From Chryseolinea sp. (lineage in GTDB: Bacteria; Bacteroidota; Bacteroidia; Cytophagales; Cyclobacteriaceae): a stretch of DNA of 32,000 nt. Location: assembly GCA_965229185.1 (NCBI GenBank), contig OZ245870.1, positions 5,599,761-5,631,760 of the forward strand. Direction: 5' to 3'. This document shows, piece after piece, positions 26,375 to 32,000 of this stretch. How positions within the stretch are numbered: the first letter of the stretch is position 1; each line of letters starts with the position of its first letter. Under the pieces are notes generated by a model, which saw only the letters and a list, made by a program, of their open reading frames with translations, was not told the DNA's origin and made no database searches. The position numbers and the translations under genes are program-made.

Positions 26375-26860
26375 TTAATGATTTTCGTACAGAAGATCTT
26401 GTTCGTGTAAGAGAGTCTCCTGAAATGAGCCTGAACCTTTTGGATTAAGGACTGCTTTCAACTTTTCTTCCAACAGGTCCAACGACTGGCAGACAGCTTG
26501 GTATTCCGGGCTGATAGGTTGGGAGAGTCTATAAAATCTGCACAACTGATTTAGTTCTGAAAGCATTGTGTTTGTAATGTCAGACTGGCGGGCTACCAGT
26601 CGCACGAAGAGAAAGCGCTGACCGCAATTAATAGGGGAGTCGTTCCCTAGAATGAACTTGTGCCACAGGTTGATAAGGCCCCCGAACAATATTGTTTTTC
26701 CCTTGCTCAAGTGTATCTCCATCATTTCCACAAGCATTTCAAACTTGGTTTTGATGGTTAGCAATTCATATCGTTGCTCGTGGTCAACCTGCAATGCATG
26801 GTTCAATAATTCACACACATAGCAAATGTGGAGTTTCAGTTGGCGATGTTTCTTTAACAT
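26375..26860 (-). CDS. Stand-alone hemerythrin-like four-helix protein related to the RIC C-terminal domain; function unknown
   Basis: RYELLTIKTKFEMLVEMMEIHLSKGKTILFGGL aligns by eye with RIC2 HPELVDIHTQFEILSAELSQNMYKEEVILFPAV. Scattered His/Glu (H9, H15, HE31-32, H54, H71). A GTG at 26872 is an alternative start. Ends 41 nt upstream of the nrdJ start. Confidence 0.5.
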   Translation of the reverse strand: MLKKHRQLKLHICYVCELLNHALQVDHEQRYELLTIKTKFEMLVEMMEIHLSKGKTILFGGLINLWHKFILGNDSPINCGQRFLFVRLVARQSDITNTMLSELNQLCRFYRLSQPISPEYQAVCQSLDLLEEKLKAVLNPKGSGSFQETLLHEQDLLYENH

Positions 26861-26917
26861 GTTTTCTGCCACCTGTTTAAGAAAGTTTCTGTCTCATGGT
26901 TCTGAAGTTCCGATTAA

Positions 26918-26954
26918 ACAAAAATAATAAAAGACTAATTAGTCTTTATATAAA
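26918..26954 (-). promoter_or_regulatory. Promoter/operator cassette of the hemerythrin-like/nrdJ operon: -7 box TATTTTTG plus perfect 18-bp palindrome AAAGACTAATTAGTCTTT
   Basis: 35/37 identical to the norB cassette, with the same 3-nt gap between the -7 box (26926-26919, minus strand) and the dyad (26930-26947). Confidence 0.55.
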
Positions 26955-27025
26955 ATGAATATTTTTATCTCTTTTCTAAGAAACACGCACGCAGACTTGA
27001 AAACGAAAAGTATAATCTGGAATTG

Positions 27026-27976
27026 TTAGTTGGATAAATCCATCATGCGATTCAACGCCAGGGCGGCTTTTGTTCGGATACGCTCTTCGACCACCACTTC
27101 TTGTTCTTCCGTTAATAAGCATTGATACAGTTTTTCCATCGTATTCATTTTCATATACGGACATTCGCTGCAGGCACAAATATTATTCTGATAGGCAGGA
27201 GCGGGGATCAGCACTTTATTGGGAACCTCTTTGCGCATCTGGTATAGAATACCTACCTCAGTCGCCACTATGAATTCCTGGCTGGGATCTTTCTTTACGA
27301 ACTCAATCATTCCCTTTGTAGAACCGATATAAGATGCGATGCGGAGTATATGGGACTGTGATTCAGGATGTGCGATGAATTTTGCCCTGGGGTAACGCTG
27401 ATGCAGATCAAGAATCTTATCAATAGAAAAACTCTCGTGTACAAGGCAACTGCCTTTCCAGAGCACCAGATCGCGACCGGTTTTCCAAACCAGATATTTT
27501 CCCAGGTTAATATCAGGCGCAAAAATGATAGGCTTATCAGTTTGGATGGAGTTAATGATTTTTTCTGCATTGGATGATGTGCAAACCACATCGCTCATGG
27601 CTTTTATTTCGGCACTACAATTTACATAGGTCACCACCGGTGAACCCGGATATTGTTCAATGAACTTCCGAAACTCATCTTCAGGACATGAATCAGCCAG
27701 AGAGCAACCAGCCAGAAGATCGGGGAGTAATACCTTTCGTGTTGGATTAAGTATTTTGGCAGTCTCTCCCATAAAGCTGACTCCCGCCACGATAATTATA
27801 TCAGCTTTCGCACTCGCAGCGTATTGGGCCATCTGTAAACTATCACCTACCATGTCGGATACTTCCTGTATGTCGGGTGATTGATAGTAATGCGCCAGGA
27901 TGATGGCATTCTTGTCTTTTTTCAACTGACGGATTGAATCGACAAGTAGTTGGGGGCGTGAAATATCGAGGACCAT
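27026..27976 (-). CDS. nadA: Quinolinate synthase
   Basis: ILAHYYQSPDIQEVSDMVGDSLQMA N-terminal motif, VNCSAEIKA and HPES segments, and the C-terminal Cys of the [4Fe-4S] site (CACSECPYMKMNT). 316 aa. Confidence 0.93.
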   Translation of the reverse strand: MVLDISRPQLLVDSIRQLKKDKNAIILAHYYQSPDIQEVSDMVGDSLQMAQYAASAKADIIIVAGVSFMGETAKILNPTRKVLLPDLLAGCSLADSCPEDEFRKFIEQYPGSPVVTYVNCSAEIKAMSDVVCTSSNAEKIINSIQTDKPIIFAPDINLGKYLVWKTGRDLVLWKGSCLVHESFSIDKILDLHQRYPRAKFIAHPESQSHILRIASYIGSTKGMIEFVKKDPSQEFIVATEVGILYQMRKEVPNKVLIPAPAYQNNICACSECPYMKMNTMEKLYQCLLTEEQEVVVEERIRTKAALALNRMMDLSN

Positions 27977-27994
27977 TTTACTTATTTTGATATT

Positions 27995-29137
27995 CTATTT
28001 CTCTAAATATTTAATGTAGCACCTCCTGCGCTTATGACATTTGGCTTCATAGTTTAGCCACATGGATTGTACTCGGGTATTATCTTCTAATTCCGGATTA
28101 GATTCGGCAATGGTAACCTTATTTCGGATGAAGGATTTATTGATCTCTTCGATCAATAGAGCATTGACTCCTTTGCCTTGGTACTCAGGGTGTACGGCAA
28201 TCAGACATAGTTCACTTGTTGTATTTATCCGCATCGCTTTAAGGATATGATAGAACCCCAATGGAAAAAGCGATCCATTAGCTTTTTGGAATGCCTTTGA
28301 AAGCATGGGCATGGTGAGGCAGAAAGCGATTAATGTTCCATGCCGGTCAATTACCAAAGAAATAAAGTCTTTCCTCATCAGGGGGAGATACCGTTTTGTA
28401 TAATATTGAATTTGCTTTTCCGTTAGCGGCACCATTCCGTGCAAGTGACTATATGAGAGGTTAATTAATTTGAAAATCTCTTGGGTATATGCCCTGAGCT
28501 CGTTTGATTTTTTTGGCTTTACCAGATGCAATGCATTTCGTCTTTTCACGATGTTTGCCACCTGCACAATTTTCCGGGGTACTGTTTTCGGAATTGATAT
28601 TTTATACTCTACCCAATCGACTTCTTTTTGGTAGCCTGCTTTTTCAACATAGGACGGATAATAGGGATAGTTATAAAGTTCAGCGAGGGTAGCGATCTGA
28701 TCATAACCTTCAACCAGCATGCCTCCCGGATCAAAGTTGGTAAACCCCATTGGTCCATGCACAGCCACCATACCTTCCTGATCTGCCCATTGTTCAACCT
28801 GTTGCAATAGTAATCTGGCGATGGTATCGTCTTCCTCAAAATCAAACCAGCCAAAGCGTGCAAATTTTTTATTCCATTTTGTGACGAAGGCATGATTGAT
28901 AATCCCGGCAATTCTACCTACGAGTTTTTGGCCCCGATACGCAAGCCAATATTTGGAGATGCAATGATCAAAAGCAGGGTTTTTGTTCTTTCGTAGGGTA
29001 GTTTCTTCATCTATTTTTAAAGGTGGAACATAGTACCGGTTTTTGTGGTATAGCGTGTAGGGGAAACTTATGAAAGTCTTAATTTCTTCAGATGTTTTCG
29101 CCTCCTTAATAACAATGCCCATATTGTTAAACGTCAT
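27995..29137 (-). CDS. GNAT-family N-acyltransferase (380 aa, two-domain form)
   Basis: C-terminal acetyl-CoA motif A LIAVHPEYQGKGVNALLIEEI. The N-terminal half has a degenerate second GNAT-like fold. Ends 18 nt before nadA (same operon). Confidence 0.7.
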   Translation of the reverse strand: MTFNNMGIVIKEAKTSEEIKTFISFPYTLYHKNRYYVPPLKIDEETTLRKNKNPAFDHCISKYWLAYRGQKLVGRIAGIINHAFVTKWNKKFARFGWFDFEEDDTIARLLLQQVEQWADQEGMVAVHGPMGFTNFDPGGMLVEGYDQIATLAELYNYPYYPSYVEKAGYQKEVDWVEYKISIPKTVPRKIVQVANIVKRRNALHLVKPKKSNELRAYTQEIFKLINLSYSHLHGMVPLTEKQIQYYTKRYLPLMRKDFISLVIDRHGTLIAFCLTMPMLSKAFQKANGSLFPLGFYHILKAMRINTTSELCLIAVHPEYQGKGVNALLIEEINKSFIRNKVTIAESNPELEDNTRVQSMWLNYEAKCHKRRRCYIKYLEK

Positions 29138-29211
29138 GAATGTGGAATACGGATTCCGCCCGCTTGAATGGATATATTGAACAACGTCTGAGCATCAAAT
29201 TTATAATAAAA

Positions 29212-29229
29212 AAAGACAAAAACATCTTT
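29212..29229. promoter_or_regulatory. Degenerate third copy of the AAAGAC-N6-GTCTTT dyad (AAAGAC-AAAAAC-ATCTTT), centred between divergent -7 boxes
   Basis: The centre (29220.5) is exactly 17.5 bp from two identical TAAATTTG boxes (29203-29196 minus; 29238-29245 plus). There is one half-site mismatch, and the offset differs by 5 bp from the norB/nrdJ cassettes. Confidence 0.3.
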
Positions 29230-29349
29230 TAATATTATAAATTTGCCAGCCGTGACAAGAGAACTTATTTAGTCATTAAAACGTGAGATGTACCTTAATG
29301 ATAGAGTAGAGGAACTTTGCTTGTTACGTGTTTTTCATAACGCAATGAA

Positions 29350-29772
29350 ATGATTTCCATTACAAAAATTTTCAGATTTGAAGCGGCACATGCCCTTTAT
29401 AATTATCCGGGAAGCTGCGCGCAACTACACGGTCATTCGTATGAATTACACGTGACCGTTCAGGAAACAAAAGCTTCCGATGATTTTATTGAAGGCCAGG
29501 GGATATTGATTGACTTTAAAGAATTAAAGGCTTGTGTATTGGAGGGAGCGGTGAAAGCGTTAGACCATAAACTGATCCTGTCAAAAGCATACCTGCTAGC
29601 GACAAAAGGAGAGTTCTCAGCCGATGAACTTGTCGTCTTCGATAATGAACCTACCGCTGAAAATTTGTTAATCTTTTTACGTAACCAGATTCGCTCAAAA
29701 TTACCCACGTCTTTTCAACTTCGTTCTCTTAAGTTGTGGGAGACCCGGGACTCCTACGCGGAATGGTCATAG
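29350..29772 (+). CDS. queD: 6-carboxy-5,6,7,8-tetrahydropterin synthase (QueD / PTPS family)
   Basis: FRFEAAHAL, CAQLHGHSYELHV (Cx3HGH zinc/catalytic motif), and WETRDSYAEW C-terminus. 140 aa. Confidence 0.88.
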   Translation: MISITKIFRFEAAHALYNYPGSCAQLHGHSYELHVTVQETKASDDFIEGQGILIDFKELKACVLEGAVKALDHKLILSKAYLLATKGEFSADELVVFDNEPTAENLLIFLRNQIRSKLPTSFQLRSLKLWETRDSYAEWS

Positions 29773-30219
29773 TCATAATCTGATTTTGTAATTGCGTAGA
29801 AAAGTCTTCCCGGCAGCCAGTTCAATCGATAGGTGCTGCAATGTTTTCTCTTTCATGATATCGCGTATCTTTTCTTTATACACTTTAATTTCATTGTGTA
29901 TCGGGCAGGGAAATTTATCGGAACATTGTTTCAGTCCAAGCGAACAGGAATTTAGAATATCATCCCCGTCAATGGCCTTAACAATGGCATTCAACGGTAT
30001 GGGCTTGGATTTTGGATCCAGAAAAAAACCACCGTTTGGTCCTTTTATTGACGAAATAACTCCTTCCCTGGAAAGCGTCTGAAGTATTTTTGCCGTAAAG
30101 TGTTCTGGGGAGTCAATTTCCTTGGCTATTTCTTTTATGCCCAGTTTTGAACCATCAATACTTTTAACGGAAATATAGAGTGCTGCACGGATCGCATATT
30201 CACAAGCCTTTGAAAACAT
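29773..30219 (-). CDS. Rrf2-family transcriptional regulator with three-Cys Fe-S ligand motif (NsrR/IscR-like)
   Basis: N-terminal wHTH MFSKACEYAIRAALYIS...IKEIAKEIDSPEHFTAKILQTLSREGVISSIKGPNGGF, and Cys cluster CSLGLKQCSDKFPC (Cx6Cx5C). Its stop abuts the queD stop (29772/29773). Confidence 0.88.
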   Translation of the reverse strand: MFSKACEYAIRAALYISVKSIDGSKLGIKEIAKEIDSPEHFTAKILQTLSREGVISSIKGPNGGFFLDPKSKPIPLNAIVKAIDGDDILNSCSLGLKQCSDKFPCPIHNEIKVYKEKIRDIMKEKTLQHLSIELAAGKTFLRNYKIRL

Positions 30220-30279
30220 AATTCACAATATTTTTGAAGATGCCTAATTACGAAAAATCTCAACCCTGAACAAATGACC

Positions 30280-31971
30280 TCACGCTGGGTTGGCAACATT
30301 GCCTAAATAGCGTTCAAACAAATTGCTCATACGGGTCTCTGCTTCATCAAGGCTAGATTCTATTTTTTCTTTCAGCGTGGTGAATTCTTCGTTTACCATT
30401 TCGGATAGATTTCTGTAGTAAGAAATACCACTCAGTAGATTGTCATAGAAAGATTGCACGTAGGCTTTTCGTTTGTTATCAACCGACCCCTTTGTTTCGG
30501 TAAGTAGTTCACTCCAGTAATCGACATAGAGCATCAGTTCTTTAATAAACATGTGTGGCCGTTTACTTCCCTGTAGAATGTTTATCCTTCCATAGATATG
30601 GTCAATCATTTTTTGCAACGAAACAATTTCTTCGAAGTAGGCGATGTTTGGCCCGGGACAGATATTTACAGCTTCCAGTTTTTTAAAGGGTTTTAGATTG
30701 TATGTTTTAATGGCAGCGTTACTCAATCCAATGCACAGGCATTCCTTGGCTAATACATCCTTTAACTGACGCTCATACTCTTCGGGTGTTAAATTCAGTG
30801 ACTGCAATTGTTCTATTTTCTTTTTTTGATAGGTATGCGATGCCGTGCAGATGGGCTCCTCGCTGAATTCCGTGTTAGAGACCAGAAATTTTTCAGTACA
30901 GGGACTTCCGGGCATACCCTTTTCAATGCGGGTCTGTTTTTCTTTGTCTCCTGTGGTACCTTTCAGATAATAGAACCGGACACCGAGTGGAGAATTCTTG
31001 CTCAGGATGACATCCTGCTCCTTTGCTTTACAAAGTAATTGCAGCGTATGCTCGTCTACCGTAGTGGCTTCCGGTACCAGTAAAAAAGGTGTACCCCAAC
31101 CGGTGCTGTCGACCTCGTAATAGTCATGCAGGAATTCATCTTCTTCATGTGTTCCAATGCCACCTTGTACGGTAATCTTCAATTTATGGGCTTTTTCAAA
31201 CCCAACGTTGCCTTTGGCTTTGAGGGCATTGTTGTACAGATCGAATAAACTGGCTATCAGCTCCTGTTTTTTACTTTTGAATTCTTCGAGTATGGGACCC
31301 AGAAGAAAACCATCAGAAGCAAAGGCATGCCCGCCACAATTCAAACCTGATTCAATTCTGAATTCACTTACCCAAAGCCCCTTCTTTGCCAGCATTTTTC
31401 CCTGGATAAGAGCCGAACGATAGTCGGATACCTTAATGACGATCTTCTTTTCAAAATTTCCAAAACTGTCAGCATCAAAAGCGCTGAGTTTTTCCATGTA
31501 ATTAAACAAGCGTGGATTCATTCCGGCAGAGAGTACCACAGATGAATTGGTGAGATTGCTATTGGCATAACCCCGCAAGGCAGCAACGGCATCAGAACCG
31601 TCTTCAATGGTGTTGCCTTGCTTGTCTTTTGTATTTCGGTCCAGCTTGGTCATGATGTTGACATCAATAGTTCCGGGTCGGATTTGCATCCTCAACCAAT
31701 TTTCCAATTGAAGTTTGTCCTCCGGATTTTTTAGTACTTCTTTTTGGTTATAAATCCTTTTGAGATCACTGTCATCAGGCAGCATATCGAAATATTTGTT
31801 GATATCAGAGCCCTCTTCGAATTTCAATTCTCTTAGGTCTTCCATCTGTTGTTTAACAATTCGGTTTACCAGGTTCAAATAATCTGTAATGCGCCTGGCG
31901 CGACTATCATGTTCTTTCTGCGGAATGGGATGATACGGCTCCTGAATGTAAGGATAATAATGACTTCTCAT
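30280..31971 (-). CDS. Large uncharacterised protein with an NMO/FabK-like FMN TIM-barrel core and a Cys-containing C-terminal half
   Basis: RIESGLNCGGHAF ... ITVQGGIGTHEE ... GWGTPFLLVPEA follows the E-x-GGH / GGI / GT-F motif order of nitronate-monooxygenase-type barrels. The frame stays open upstream of ATG 31971 to the window edge, so the true start may lie outside. Confidence 0.5.
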   Translation of the reverse strand: MRSHYYPYIQEPYHPIPQKEHDSRARRITDYLNLVNRIVKQQMEDLRELKFEEGSDINKYFDMLPDDSDLKRIYNQKEVLKNPEDKLQLENWLRMQIRPGTIDVNIMTKLDRNTKDKQGNTIEDGSDAVAALRGYANSNLTNSSVVLSAGMNPRLFNYMEKLSAFDADSFGNFEKKIVIKVSDYRSALIQGKMLAKKGLWVSEFRIESGLNCGGHAFASDGFLLGPILEEFKSKKQELIASLFDLYNNALKAKGNVGFEKAHKLKITVQGGIGTHEEDEFLHDYYEVDSTGWGTPFLLVPEATTVDEHTLQLLCKAKEQDVILSKNSPLGVRFYYLKGTTGDKEKQTRIEKGMPGSPCTEKFLVSNTEFSEEPICTASHTYQKKKIEQLQSLNLTPEEYERQLKDVLAKECLCIGLSNAAIKTYNLKPFKKLEAVNICPGPNIAYFEEIVSLQKMIDHIYGRINILQGSKRPHMFIKELMLYVDYWSELLTETKGSVDNKRKAYVQSFYDNLLSGISYYRNLSEMVNEEFTTLKEKIESSLDEAETRMSNLFERYLGNVANPA

Positions 31972-32000
31972 TTTCTCGATGAGGTTATCCTCAATAATGG

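Noticed and set aside
29250-29349. Possible preQ1 riboswitch in the ~100-nt queD leader
   Set aside because: I could not fold the compact preQ1-I/II hairpin-pseudoknot or find its conserved loop sequence. A covariance-model scan would be needed to be sure.
30237-30260. AAGATGCCTAATTACGAAAAATCT upstream of the Rrf2 gene, whose left arm matches the E. coli NsrR half-site AAGATGC
   Set aside because: The right arm does not complete the inverted repeat, and no -7 box is nearby. It was treated as coincidence.
1-32000. Search for CRISPR arrays, IS elements, phage or defence-system genes and long direct repeats
   Set aside because: Visual inspection found none. The only repeated non-coding elements are the short regulatory cassettes reported above.

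Overview
This is a Bacteroidota-type chromosomal segment. Evidence: TAnnTTTG -7 promoter boxes, a TonB-dependent receptor, lipoproteins and a Sec-type clade II NosZ. All calls come from reading the sequence and ORF translations by eye; no database search was possible. Positions 1-4.9 kb are housekeeping or efflux: an OmpA-like C-terminal fragment, an ABC ATPase plus TolC-family gene, rpsA and tRNA-Cys(GCA). The remaining ~27 kb is a dense N-oxide / low-oxygen / metal block. It holds a front-end-type fatty acid desaturase and a putative copper-uptake operon (small Cys-motif membrane protein, Met/His-motif lipoprotein, OprC/NosA-like TonB-dependent receptor). It also holds nadB, a RIC (YtfE-like) gene with a Crp/Fnr regulator, and a nos operon (cytochrome c, fasciclin, nosZ, nosB-like, group III truncated haemoglobin, DGC-domain protein) with no nosDFYL in the window. 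Further along are a polytopic membrane protein, a qNor plus second RIC operon, an orphan PAS histidine kinase, and a hemerythrin-like ORF with a class II (B12) ribonucleotide reductase. The block ends with GNAT-nadA, queD, an Rrf2 Fe-S-type regulator and a large uncharacterised TIM-barrel-like protein that is open to the window edge. No CRISPR array, transposase, integrase or recognisable defence system was seen. The most interesting signals are cis-regulatory. (1) Five TGAY-N4-RTCA dyads sit at a fixed offset from -7 boxes in front of the desaturase, Cu-uptake/nadB, ric1-crp, nos and kinase promoters. (2) A 37-bp promoter/operator cassette, 35/37 identical and containing an AAAGAC-N6-GTCTTT palindrome, is duplicated in front of qNor and of the hemerythrin-like/NrdJ operon. 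A degenerate, mirror-symmetric third copy lies between GNAT-nadA and queD. Together these suggest a two-regulator (Crp/Fnr activator plus Rrf2-type repressor) N-oxide stress network that includes unexpected members: B12-RNR, NAD synthesis and copper uptake. This is inference and needs experimental or comparative confirmation.
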